Below, piece after piece: positions 10,442 to 22,926 of a DNA stretch of 64,000 bases. The stretch lies in assembly GCA_010093815.1 (NCBI GenBank), contig ML996567.1, one strand, 5' to 3'. The stretch is from Pseudovirgaria hyperparasitica. Lineage: Eukaryota. The position numbers were made by a program, and so were the translations under genes. Numbering within the stretch: position 1 is the stretch's first letter; every line of letters starts with the position of its first letter. The notes beneath the pieces are model-generated. The model did not search any database. It saw only the letters and a program-made list of their open reading frames with translations, and was not told the origin of the DNA.

Positions 10442-13400
10442 TTACATCTCTCGGCCTTCAGCTTGTTCTTCGTCGCGCCGTGCGCGCTTTGAATTCCTCA
10501 CAGGTGCCGTGTCATTGGCATCCTCGGCCTGCGGACGTTTTGGTCGCGAGGGTGGCTGGACCTCGTCAGGAGCCTGGGCAGTGCTCCTGTCGATTCTGAC
10601 TAGGTCCAGCGCCATGAGTGTGTCGTACTTGTCGCCGAGTGCTCGTTTCAATGCGTCCTTTGGCAGCTTTTGGAGCTTCTCTTGTGTCGCTTTGACATCC
10701 AAGTCCCAGCTACGGTGACGTTTTTCCCACTCTTTCAACGTCTTCGTAAAGCGGACTTCACCGTCGCGACCCCCGTTCCCATTCTCGAGATAATCGAAGT
10801 GCCATTTGACGTGTCTATGGTCGTCAGCAGTCAGGACTATCGTTTTTTCCTTCGCTTCGGGGTCCTTTAGGAAGAGGTTTAGCTCTGGACACGCCTTACA
10901 CCCAGAGGAATAGCACTTGTACACTTCCGCCGGGCGAGCCCAGTCTTCTGGTTTCGACGGCTCTTTGTCCACGGTCTTGGTAATGTAGGCTTCCACGAGC
11001 GATTGGAAGCAAGTCTGCACCTCCAGGGAACCTGTATCTACTGATGGAAGCAGTTCTTTCATCAACGACCATAGAACTCCCAGCACTGTATTCTTCTTGG
11101 CATTGGAAACCTTGTTTGAAAGCTGCTGCAACAGATTGGAAGCTAGGTCTTCGTCGTGCGCCAATGCTTGGTGGTAGAAATCTCGAATGAGTCCGTCAGT
11201 GTTGCCGTGATGCTTTACGTATGCGTAGTAGAGGTCGAAGTCGAACGTCGAGATTGCGAATTTTGAAATAACGCCAAATAGGTTGCGGAGGAATTCCTTC
11301 CGGACATTTTTCGGATTCGATAGTTCGAGGAGGAGCTCGACGTTCAGTGCATTCACGAATTCCTTGACTCCTTTGAACCCATCAACAAAGTCCGTGATTG
11401 CTTCGTCCATCTTCTTTCTATATATGGGCGATTAGTTCGACTTACCACTAGTTGACAGAGGATGCTAGAACCCAAATACAGAGGAACTCGGATTATCTTA
11501 CCGCTGTTCTGGTGTGTATTGGATTTTGAGGTCCATAACAATTTCTTTGATTGTGGCAGCGTCTTCCTCTCCCCTGCAATTGTCGCACATATCAAGCGTC
11601 TTAATCAGTGTGTCGCTGTACCACTGCTTCCAGTACTCCGCCTTCGCTGGGTCTTTTTGACCGACGCTGTTTCCACGAAACCCGTTGTAGAAATGGGTTA
11701 GACTCTTGTAGATACGGCAGAACGTGCCACATTTTATCAAGGACCTGAAGATGCTAGAGAGGACGTGTATGTTAGCAGTATTACCAATCAAGAGTTTACT
11801 AATATCAGGGCGAGTCTTACTCGTCTACCTCAACTGGGGGATCTTGGAGATCAATGAGTCCACCAAGTGCAGACCAAGAGTCATAATTCCAGGCGTTGAG
11901 AGTTCTTTTCCGCGCTTCCTCGAAGAGAGGCCAATTGCCGAGAAATGCAGCGGTGACTGCAGCATAACCGAGGTACGCATCGTTCGCCGCCCCGGCGGCA
12001 AACCCTTGATCCAAGATTATGCGGCAAAGGCGGAGAAGTATTCTTTGCAGCGTCGTCTTGTTGCTGTCGTTGATACCCGCTTGTAAATGCTTCATAACTT
12101 TGCCCGCATCTTGAGGAGAATCCGGGTCAAAGAGGGGGGCATACAGGGAGTCTGTCCGTACAATAACAAGCACCTGACATTAAGTGAGCACTGTTAGCAT
12201 CGGCATGCTTGTGATCTTGCGATGCTTCGACCTCAGAAAGCTTACCATGTCCGAGTAGGTTTCCTCTATGTCACCATGTTGGTTTCCCATATATTCTCCG
12301 CCGGCGCGAAAGTCCGGGTCTCTTTCATAGCTGATGGAGTCCAAAAGCGAGGTCTTGTGTATGTCCACCTCTAGTGGAGATAGCTCGAAGCCCTCGAGGC
12401 TGCAGACATGGTGCAGATACTTCCGGCAAGTCATGTTGTATTCACCCTCCTCGTCGTTTGGCCAACTCCTGTACTTGTCGAGCTGGGCAAGGAACAGGTA
12501 GAATCCGCCGTGCCGGTCACAGCTGTTGGCAAGGCAGCGAACGCGTTGGTAATCGAGGCCTTTCAGGCTAGAAAGACGCAAGTTTCTTGGCGTGTACTGA
12601 TGATCGAGAGGATAGGCAAGAAAGTCTGGCGGATATTGTAGCGTTTCCCACGGTGACAGGGCTTCTACCAGATTTTGGATCTGAGAATCCAGCACCGAGG
12701 CTGAAAGGCGAGGGCACTCGTAATCGATGATGAGGTTATACGTAAGGACCCATCTGTATCCTGTCTGGACTGGCTTGATCTTTGTACTAGTGAGTACTAG
12801 GTCGCATTAGAGACAAGAAGATAACTTACCTCATGGGTGACATCTGTATACCAAGCAAGGTAATAGGAACCATACGCTGAGGTCTCAGCCGTAGACAGTT
12901 CTAATGAATCTTCCCCGTGCTGCAAGCATACTGTGCCGCCCGTATGTTCTGAAGGAAGGCAGATAACTAGTGTTCCAAACATGCCTGGGCTCTTCTCAGT
13001 ACTATCCTAGACTGTTAGCCCTTCGTTATAGCGCCATGAGCCGAGACGCATCTCAACCTACTCTTTGTGAGGCTTGAACATGGCTCCTGGTTCGTAGAGA
13101 AGGTGCTTGTATAGCTCGGCACGAACATTGGTTCCGGCACCAGCAGGTGGTGGTACTCCAAGCTCTTGAACAACACGCTCGACAAGTTTGTTGACAAAAC
13201 CATCCCATTGAAGATTCCGGAAGGTGATTCTCTCTGCGCTAATCTGCAACGTCTTTCTCACCGTCTCGTCGACTAGCGTTTCTTGACGCTTGCCAAAGGG
13301 TGCCTTATCACTTTTGCTGGCAAGATTTTGAGCTGCTTCTTCCGACAGCGGTACTGCAATAGGCTCTCCGCTATCCACGCAGATGCCTGGGATCGGGCAG

Positions 13401-13510
13401 GAATCAAGAACACTGCCAGTTGCAAAGGATCCTGCCGCTTTGATTCCGTCGATGCGCTCGAGGAGATTTTGTCGAAAGACTTGCTCTTCTTCGCTCAGTT
13501 CTTCCTCCAT
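10442..13510 (-). CDS. 2OG-Fe(II) oxygenase-domain protein with a long helical C-terminal extension (6 exons)
   Basis: The spliced product gives LYKHLLYEPGAMFKPHKD|TEKSPGMFGTLVICLPSEHTGG...YTDVTHE|IKPVQTGYRWVLTYNL (HxD...H triad and 2OG-binding Arg), then YPLDHQYTPRNL. GT-AG introns join the ORF pieces. Confidence 0.85.
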
Positions 13511-14163
13511 TTTAGCACCCGAGTTTGAGTCGTAGTCTTGTCTGAGCGTATGAGGAATCGAGGATGCTGTTTCGATGGTAGGAAAGCTAGTTGAATGGAA
13601 GGAACAAAGAGTCTTGTTACTTCTCCTGCGGAAGCGGAGAGGATGAGGAAGTGTTGGAGATGTAGCCGAGCGATCGAGGGAGAAGCCAGTTTCCAGGTGA
13701 GAGGAAACAGCACAGAGTATTCATGTGCTCTCGTGGTATAACTATTGCGCTAACCAGGATTATCAAGCAGATCTTGACTGTCGGTTTCGAACGCCCTGTT
13801 TTGCTGCGGCGCTAGCAGGGATGGTGCTGCAGCGCTTATGTACAATGGCGGCGACTCCCGGGGAACTCAGCGGGGGTAATTCCACCTCGTTGCGTGACCC
13901 AATCACTAGCCCCGATCCACAACAGATCCATGGAGGAACAGTGGGGACCCCTGGTGACCCAGAGGTGTGGCTGAACTCGATTGTGGCTGAAGGCACCTCC
14001 TCAAGCACGGAGAAAGCATTAAGGTATAGTCCCAAAGCTGATTACAACAGCACTTGAAATTGGCAGATATGGAGAAATCATTTATTTTCTGTAGAATACA
14101 ATATCTGGCTCTCAAACTCCCCTCAAGTCTAGAAACGAAACAAGAATAGAATCGGGCTGCATC

Positions 14164-16644
14164 TTAATTATCGCCTTCCATCTCATCCTCATCACTCTCT
14201 GAGTCGATTTCTGCAGTGCTCAAGTTAGAATATAGATCCGTTTCAGCGGTATATGTCGCTTCCATACGTACCGATCGGTTCCACTTCAGTTCCTTGAAGA
14301 ATTCTGATTGGGGTAGATGCCATGACGTGAAAATACTTTGAGGTATCTCCGGACTCGTCGACTCCGTACCCAAGACGCTTGGTGGTGCGTGAGTTGCGCA
14401 AGCCAACATCCTCTTTGCCATTCGAACGACCAATAGCATGAATGACGAACTGGATCCCTCGCAATTCGATGAGAATGTAGACGCAGCCGTTGATAATTGG
14501 CTTGTTATCAACATCCACGCTCGAAACTCCAAAGTTTTCAAGTGATTTGTCAAATGGAAGAGGAATTCTGTGAGTCGAAAGTTCAGTCCACCCGTCAGCA
14601 GTGACTTCTTTGTGATTGAGCCCCTTTGTAGGCTCTACGCCAGAAAGATCCTTGTCTGACTTCAGAATTGTGAGGTCCATTTCCCATTTTCCGTCAGGTG
14701 GCTGAGGAATGTAATACGGTATAGACGATATGATGTCCGGGACCTGTGTGCCCTTTTCCCCAATGACCAGCACGCGTTGAGGTTTGTCTGTCTCGCCCAC
14801 ACCAACGTCAGGTGGGTCCTGAGGCAAGCCGTAATTGAATTGAAAATCTTGGATAGTGCTGTGTATATGTGGCTGTTGCTTGAGGCCATCCACCACGTCC
14901 TCACCACTTGCAATGTCAGAACACATTCGTAGCACAAGTCTGAAAACTTACCATGAATTTTTCGAATTATGGAATACCGAATACGGTCCTGCCTTACCGT
15001 TAAATCTTCTTTGAAACGGCACGGATGACGCTCCTCCGCCAGACGTAGCAATCCACTAGGGAAATCAGTGATTGAGAACTCAACAATGAGGACGACAGAC
15101 CTTGAGGGTTTTTCCTATACGCTTAGTCCATTCGTTAAACCAGGCGACGCTCCATTCGATCACTCTGTCGAAATGGCGGACCACCTTTCTCTTCGATGTC
15201 GTCTGCCAAATTGGATGGCAACACGTAGTTGTTGATCTCAAGCTTATTTTGCTGGCCTGAGCCAAGTATTAGCTTGTACTTTGTAAGGAAAGTCGTTTGC
15301 ATCCAAATTTCTAAGGTTGTTGTAGACTGGTCGCCGAAAGTAGTTTTTAGCCACTCTGAGGTACGCAGGATGTCATTTACAATCTTGTTAAGATTGCCAA
15401 ATCCTACCAATTTCGTAGCGCTGGCCGCAGCTTGGTACCTTTCCCAGTAGATTATGGTGATATTCTACCTGAATTAGCAGTAGGTAAAACTTTTGCAATG
15501 TGTGACGTACTCCGGTTGCATCTCCAATATCTAACATACCACCATGCTCGGCGTCTTCGAGATACACCCCGAGTCCTCTTCTTTGCTCCACAAGCAATGA
15601 CTTCAACCGGCCATTAATGGCCGCAGTAGGCTCACTGATGATGTGAACATCAACCTTTCCTTCCCACCCCGATACGTTTTCAATAATCGTTTGGTACTGG
15701 TAAGAGATGTTTTCCGGCCATTCTGCTGGAAGTCCAGTGTAAACGCGGAAGTACTGTATATCTGGGTTGGCTGTTTTCGATGAGTCAAAGATTGTGTGAA
15801 GAAGCCATTCGATGAATCTCCGATAGATTGCCTTCATTCCAATCTTCTTCTCCTTTTTCCGCTGTACTTGGAAGTGTTCGCTTGCCGGATTCATGGCGAG
15901 TTTCTTGTTATCGAAAACGAGCACTTCGCCATCCTTTTCGCACACCACGTCTGTATCCGGCCCGAACTCCAAGTCCCATTCTTCGTCTTCTCCTTTTCGA
16001 GCCACAACGCGAGTCCGTATTTGGCTACTACGTGCCGTAGCCGCTCCATTCCAGAAATCGATATCTTCGAGTTCACCGAGGCCAAGCACCCTAGATGCTG
16101 TAGTAGTGTAGTTTCCAATGTCGGCCAGCACAATCCCAAGGTTCTCACTCTTTCCCTTAGCTGCGGACTTTGCTCTTGGGCGTGGGACGGTGAAGACTGT
16201 TGCGGGATTGGAGCCAGTTGGCCATGAATCATGCGCGGCATCAATGCGTTCCGACTTTCTCACACTCTTCGCGCTTCCTGCTGCATCTTGGAAAGAGCTC
16301 AAGCTGTTGATGGCGAGGAATCCATGAGCGCCAGCCTCATTCCCGGTTGCTGTGTTCGCCTCGTTCGATGCCATGAGGCTACTCTCCTGTTTGTCGGGAG
16401 TGACTTGCGTTTGCTGCTTCGCCAGCACCTCCAACTCTTCTACAATTGGTGATTTGCGTCCTCTGCCTCTAGCATCCTTTAGTTTGCCCACAACCACTTT
16501 ACCGGCTTCCAGGCGAGCCGATCTGCCTCTCGATCGTGTTGGCTTGGTCACAGCTTGCGTCGTACGGCTCGGGTTGGAATTCTTCGCAGCGTTTTGAGCC
16601 TTTCGGCTGGTCACGCGTTTCCCTTCGACTCTTGTCTTGGCCAT
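14164..16644 (-). CDS. Highly divergent HSPA12/Hsp70-like actin-fold ATPase with a basic N-terminal tail; apparent frameshift near 15187 (possible pseudogene)
   Basis: Motifs in order: GIVLADIGNYTT (phosphate 1), TGLPAEW, IISEPTAA (connect 1), LDIGDATG|NITIIY (phosphate 2, across an intron), WIATSGGGASS (adenosine) and EDVVDGL (connect 2). Four GT-AG introns; last exon EIDSESDEDEMEGDN*. Confidence 0.7.
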
Positions 16645-17289
16645 CGTGATTGTAGCAGGTGCGAAGAGAAGAGCTCAACTCAAAACGGCAGCGTTGGAAA
16701 ACGGGATTTGGTCGCTTGTCCAGGTAGTTTAGGGTTTATAACATGAGGTTTTGGAGGCACTTCTGTGCTAACGAAAGAGAAAGTGATAGGATCTTGAAGT
16801 GGCAGAGGCGGACCACAATGAGATATAAGTATTGTGCCAGGCTGTGAAGTATGGAGGTCGAGCCCTCGAGATGACGAAGCCGAGATTACTTCTCCAAGCG
16901 GATGAAGTTGTTTCGAAAGCTGAGCAATACTCCTGCCCACAGCCTTCTGCTAGGATTTGGACCATGCTTGATGGTACACGATCATCCACTTGATCGTGAC
17001 ACGTCGGCAAACAATGAGTAACAGCGTTTGAAGACTACTCATTCCTATGCGAGGCTGCTGGCAAAGCCACTCGGCACAGCAGCAGGAAGCTTGACGCATG
17101 AAGTCCCATCCAGGGATCTCCATCACCGCCTACGGTCGCTGCGTAATGTGGAGGCTTATCGTCCGGCTGTTGAGGCTACAGTATTGTCAGTACTCATTCT
17201 GCCAGAGGATTCTGGAATAAAAGACGGTCGTCTGAGATCCGCTCGAAGCACCAGCCAAATCAACATCCCCGTCCATGAACCAGCCGATC

Positions 17290-17857
17290 ACTGACGCTGC
17301 TTCCGCATTTCGAATGCCTACCGAACCATCCTCACCGCGAAGTATCCGAGAAGTGGTTCGTACTCTTAGCCAGACTTGCACTATCCACCATTGCTGACAC
17401 GAGTAAGCTTGACTCATGTACTGCGAATCCTGACGCCGCAATCGACATTGAGGGCGCTGAGAGTTTGATGTTCCTTCGTCTGCAGCACCAGGCGGCGACA
17501 TCCGTTGATGATGATGAAGCCGTTGATGATACTGAATAAGATCTGGAGAACGTGCAAGCGCGAAGATCGCGCAATCGAGGTAGTCGCAAGGTCCAATCGC
17601 TATCGAATTTACTGATTCGCAGTTAAGGCAAAAAAAGGAAACGGAATGATGGTCAAGAGAGCGAAGCCGAGCAGACTTTATCGAAGCTGGAACGAGAAGA
17701 GGTACATGTCGAAGGAGTAATTCGCCAAACCATACAAAAAGCATCCTTAATGCTGAGCGAGGATATTAATGATCTTGCTCTGGTTGACATCAACAGCTAT
17801 ATGGACACATTATCTAGACTTGTCAGAGCACTTGTAGCGTTGCAGAACACGGAGTGA
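17290..17857 (+). pseudogene. Unannotated gene relic with two in-frame TAA stops
   Basis: One frame reads HREVSEKWFVLLARLAL...DDTE*DLENVQ...LIRS*GKKRKRND...LVALQNTE*; internal TAA at 17537 and 17624 are in frame with the terminal TGA at 17855. Confidence 0.5.
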
Positions 17858-18066
17858 ATTGAGTAGATTGAATGCCTAAACAACCAAAGTGTTCTAAAGT
17901 ACGTTGCTGATGCCGAATACTGTCCTTTTGTTATGCCTCTTTGACGTGCTTCGGTCGGTGAAAGCGGTGGTGGGAACGATATTCTTGACACCAGCCGTGC
18001 ATTGGCAGAGCCCCTTTGATTGAGATTTGAACTGGCTCGACCACGAGTAAGCGCATCCACTCACGC

Positions 18067-18590
18067 CTATTCGTCGTCCTCGTCACCGAGAATGTCGCTA
18101 ATATTACTCTTATGCTTTTTACGACTGAGCTGGCGCGCCTTTGTGCGTTTAGTTCGGAGTGCTGGCATTGTCAATTCGTCGATTGAGAATGAATCTGATT
18201 CCTCGTCAGAATTAGCCGTAAAGACCTCGAGTTGCGTGGACTGGCTATTTGAGACGAATGAAGTCAAGTAAGTGTCGGCTGAAGCTGCCTCAAGCTCATC
18301 ATTGTCCGCTCTCTTATTGGCACAGGCAATGAAGTCATCTCTCTTTTCTTTCGCCAAGTCTCGCAGGTTGCGATATGCAGCGATGCCTTGACGATGAGTG
18401 TCCAAGTTATCAGTCAAATCAAAACCTCTAACTTTGGTTTTGTGGTACTCGGGCATCCCATCTGCTCCTCTGGGCTTAGTTGGATGCATCGCGTACAGCT
18501 GCAGCGTGCCGGTTCCGCTATGGTAGGTCGATCCGAATGTATGGGCCTTATCATTAAATATAGGCTCGTCTAGTTCGTAGGACTGCATCA
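18067..18590 (-). pseudogene. C-terminal fragment of an uncharacterised fungal accessory-region protein family
   Basis: AHTFGSTYHSGTGTLQLYAMHP...PEYHKTKVRGFDLTD...RQGIAAYRNLRDLAKEKRDDFIACAN resembles the C-terminal half of a recurrent Pezizomycotina family. The 5' part is replaced by the repeat array. Confidence 0.6.
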
Positions 18591-18615
18591 TGAGCATTCT
18601 CTGTGACATCATGCT

Positions 18616-18784
18616 GCTCAGGGATAAAATCAGGCACAATCAGAGAGGCTCAGGCTTGAATCAAGCACGATCACGCCGGCTCATGCCGGCTCACGTTCGC
18701 TCAGGACGAGCTCATGAGTGCTCAGCCACAGCTCGAGTTGCTTACTAACAGCTCACGTTACATCCCGGCGTAACTCACGTCTCA
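18616..18784 (+). repeat. Degenerate ~10-bp-period GCTCA array (right array)
   Basis: GCTCA or a close variant (AATCA, GATCA, GCTCG, GCTTA) starts at 18616, 18628, 18638, 18648, 18659, 18669, 18679, 18689, 18699, 18710, 18720, 18731, 18740 and 18751. Confidence 0.75.
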
Positions 18785-19039
18785 AAACAGAAATGGCCGT
18801 TGTGTGAGGGCATTTTGTCCCCGTGTATCTTGCGCTATAGTCATTCCTAAGTATGTCTCGAGTGGAGGAGTTGGGTATAAAGTCGGCACTCATACTGTAG
18901 TGAATGAACAACGATGGGGTTGAAGTAGGGGAATGAGAACTAACTGAAAGTAGCTAAAGTACCCCACGTGATGGCGCGAAGACGTGCTCCGTAGACATCG
19001 CGGGTGCCTATGATATCAATCTAAGCTTCATCCAACGCA

Positions 19040-20225
19040 ATGTCGTCTGCGAACGCGTTACAAATATTGCTGCGATTTTTATCGCAAGACGCCAAAGTAC
19101 CCCTGGGAACAGCGATGAGTAAGGTGAAGGATCTACAGAGTGTGCATTTGAATAGGTTGGAGGATCTTTACTCAATTTCCGAGTCATGCTCATGTATAAT
19201 TCAGCCCGAACGAGATAGCAAAGTCTGATATAAAAGCGCTACAGGCAATCTTTGAGGACGAGAAGCTCTCAAAACAGATACTAAACGCCGCCAAACGCGT
19301 GGTAAAGAAGCGCGTAGCTAGTAATGGCGATGAAGCCCTGCATCCTCCCGTAAAGAGAAGAGCCACCGAAGCATTCGGTGAACCTTTGACAGGAGCCGAA
19401 TTGGAAGAATCGCTCGAACTCCCTACTGTGTGTCTAGATGAAGATATATTGAAGAAGACCGTTCTATTCGCGAACCGAGCACCTCTCGTCCTCGCCTTTG
19501 CAGTCGTACTTTTGAAATACACAATGCCCGAACAACCCCTGTCCAGCCGTTTAAGCCTTGCGCAGGCCGTCGTCAGTACGAATAGTCGGACTAAAGCTGT
19601 GAGCATTGGTCTGGAGAGTGGCAAGAGTGCGGAGGAGGAAGGTTACGGTGAAGGGCAACCAACTGTGACCGTAATGGGTCGGGAGATAAGAGTTATGAAA
19701 AGATGGGGCTACGAATGGCGAAGGGACGAAGTAAAAGAGAAGACAGAAGATGGATATGAAGTGGAGACACAAAGTACATTAAGATCAGAAAGAACCTTGA
19801 CGCATGAAGACATGCCTGCTCTATGGGGTATAGACCTAGAAGCATTGAAAAAGTCAAACGAGAAGAACCCAGCCGTTCCCAAGACGTACATTACAGGCAA
19901 TATCCCTATATATACTGCTCAATCGGCCAGAGCATACTTGTTGAAATCATTTGGAACACCAGAGAAAGAGCAACAAGATTCAAAGACTTCCAAGAAGCAG
20001 TCTTCTGCGAGCAAGATGGCGCAGAAAGAACGTAACTTAGGATATCTCCTCGGAGCTCTCCAGCTCTTATTTGAGTCCTGGAGCAAGTCTCTCAGTCCGA
20101 CAGAGTTGGACAAAAGAGCTTGGTCATGGTATGTTCGCGTGCGTCCGGAGGTAGAGGGTGGCGTTGCTGGCTGGGGAAGCAAGAACACCTTGAAACTGTC
20201 TGATATCCTATTACTCAGACATTAA
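19040..20225 (+). CDS. Conserved fungal hypothetical protein (exons 19040-19155 and 19205-20225)
   Basis: A GT..AG intron joins the two ORFs in frame; blocks LLRFLSQDAKVPL, NRAPLVLAFAV..PEQPLSSRLSLAQAVVS and AWSWYVRVRPEVEGGVAGWG look conserved. Confidence 0.8.
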
Positions 20226-20396
20226 CAGAGGGTGTAGTTGTCCAGTAGTTATATTAATGTTCCGATAGCGTGTGATGCAATTTTTTACGAGTGGTAACTC
20301 GACTCTCATGCTTCCTATACGTTCCTTGTCGAACGCCGCATCCACTGGAAAGACGTAATGAACTTTCAGATCACTATCTTGATGCCGTCTGGGCTC

Positions 20397-21423
20397 TCAG
20401 AGCTCCTTGGGCGTCCATTCAGAAAGTGTCTTCAGATCCCAGATGACTTTTAGATCAATTCCAGGATCTTGATAATCCGCTACTGTTACCAAAGCCTCTT
20501 TGTTAGGACGATATTGCGATAGATGACCGGCCCTGTCGATATAAAGCGCGTTCCAGCCAGCTTCGATAGCACCGATATAGTCTTTCTTATGATCGTCACC
20601 AACATAAAGCTTCTCGAAGCTGTCTATGCTAGCACTCGTATTGTATGGCTCTTTCGCGAGCTGGTCATCCAATAGCCTTAGGGCCATATCAAATATTGGG
20701 CGCTGTGGTTTTTCAAATCCAACATCGTAGCTTAGAACAGTAAAGCTGATGTCATCGTCCTCTGTAGCAATAATGGTTGGATCATACGTGATGCCTACCC
20801 TCCTGGACGCCACTTTAAGGCCGAAAGACCTTAGGATGCCAGGCACACGATCATCTGAATTAGTGATGATTCCCACAACAGTTCGCTCCCAAGGCCAATT
20901 TGAAGATAGACTCGGAGATCCCTTGACTCCTCGAAGCATGCTGAAGAAAGGAAGCACATCGGGGAACACGGTATAACCCTCACACGACGCGAATCGATGA
21001 AGCAAACCTGAGGTGACCGCCCAAGGTATATTTCTCCCATCTTTTAGGAACGGTCGGAATGTGTTTTCGATGATCTGCCCCTTGATTAGAACATTTATGG
21101 TATATATTACGATTCGATGTGCCTGCGCTGTACATTTTCCCACCAAGCTTGCGCACCCAATCCAGAGTCCCTTCCATAGTTTGGATGAAGCTTAGACTCT
21201 CGTCTGAATGCTATTGAAGTTATATATTAGACAATTTGACACATCTGGACTCGAAGTACTTGCCAGTGTGAAATGATGACTTGATCTCTTCGTCACTAAA
21301 GCCTGACAGGCCATGGCGACGCGCGATATCGCTGTACTGCTTGGCAATGGGCTCCTTTGGTGCGAATAACGTTCCAAATGCGTCAAAAGCTAGGAACAGG
21401 TTTGGTCTCTGTTTCGTGAACAT
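20397..21423 (-). CDS. HAD-superfamily hydrolase, HDHD3/Dpi35-like (exons 21423-21264, 21210-21134, 21074-20397)
   Basis: Motif I FDAFGTL, cap PNYG...WWEN, motif II IITNSDDR, motif III SYDVGFEKP and motif IV YVGDD...D. Confidence 0.9.
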
Positions 21424-21923
21424 GATATAGATGACGTTTGACGACCTCGGGAGCAAGCAGTAAAGATTAGTAAGATCTGTTGGCGTCACCTGCCCGTAGT
21501 CTGTTGATGTTCGGTGGTCTGTGAAGATAAAATGGAAAGCCGGCACTTCCCAAACCAGGTAAGCGTCCTAAGTTGAACGCCGACACTCATGAATAGATGC
21601 TGATGCCTTCCATCAAACTCCGTCACTTCGTCCTTCTTTCTCTTTTCGTTCTTCAATCCGATTTTTCATCTTCAAATTCATCGTCGTTAAATCTTCGAAT
21701 GATTAGAGACTGCTTGTTCCACTCCTACAGCCCACATATGAGAGAGATTGCTTGAGACCTGTCAGGTATACAGCCCATCTGCGGGCTTGCCAGCTGTCAA
21801 AGGAAGTCACCGCCCTTTGGTACAACCTCGTGCATTTCACAACATCCCCAAGATTTCTCAGGACTCCCCTCTCTTTGATTGCAACTAACTGCTTTGAAGA
21901 ACACAGCGAAGACCTCGAGCATC

Positions 21924-22926
21924 ATGTGTATCGCAGTGATAACCACAGCGCATCCAGAGTACCCATTCATTCTCCTTGATAATCGAGACGTAAGCAACCA
22001 TTGGAGACGATGATAGCAATAACACTGATCTGTTTCAGGAATATCTGTCCAGACCAACAGCGGCAGCACGATGGTGGGATTCTCCATCATCTCAGGTTCT
22101 TGGTGGTTTCGACCTTTATCACAAGGCCCATGGCACCTGGCTGGGCATTACGCGCCAGGGACGCGTTGCTGTCTTGACGAACTATCGTGAAGAGAACCAA
22201 CCCATCCTCCCAAGTGGTCGAAGCAGAGGAGAGGTAGTCAATGGCTGGCTGGAATCTCCGCCCAGTCAGCACATTGACACTGAACACTACGCCAGACACG
22301 TCGTCGAGAACGACGGCGGAGTTCAAGGCATGGGCGGATTCAGCCTGATGTATGGTCGAATACAAGACGTGATCAAGACCGGCACTGGTCTTGCGATTCT
22401 ATCAAACCGGACTCCTGACGTAAAGGGTCTCATCTGGTTGGCTCAGAAGCCTGGCGAAACTCGTGCTATGAGCAATTCATTCTTCGGTGACGTGTCATGG
22501 CCGAAAGTCACCAATTGTGAGCATGACGTTGGCGTAGCTCTGTCTGAGAGTGCTAAGAAGAAAGAACCCAAGGAAGAACTGATCAAACGGCTTTTTGCGG
22601 TGCTCAGTAAGGGTGACTTGCGATCTCGAAAGAAGGGGGAAGATTGGGAGGTGTACCTTCGACAACTGCGCAATACGATATTCGTTCCGACCATCGGTGG
22701 ATCCAAGTTATCCGAAAATGAAGCGGACGAAGTCACTACGACTGAAAGCCCTAAGGCCGTTGACACAAGCCCTGGAGTCTATGGGACGCAGAAGCAGACA
22801 ATCATTCTGGTCAACCGTGACGGGCACGCCGACTTTGTGGAGAGAACGCTCTTTGATGTCAACAGTAACGCCGTTCCACCGGGTCAGGGCGACCGACACT
22901 TCGAGTTCGACATCGAGGGCTGGTAA
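21924..22926 (+). CDS. TANGO2/NRDE (DUF833) family protein (exons 21924-21989 and 22039-22926)
   Basis: MCIA...LLDNRD|EYLSRPT, GGFDL..GTWLGIT..GRVAVLTNYRE, SRGEVV and YGTQKQTIILV. Confidence 0.9.

Noticed and set aside
3200..18800. Intact Starship or autonomous transposon
   Set aside because: No DUF3435 tyrosine recombinase, DDE transposase or reverse transcriptase ORF was recognised, and no convincing TIR or TSD. The shared GGCCGTT near 3208 and 18796 is too short to count.
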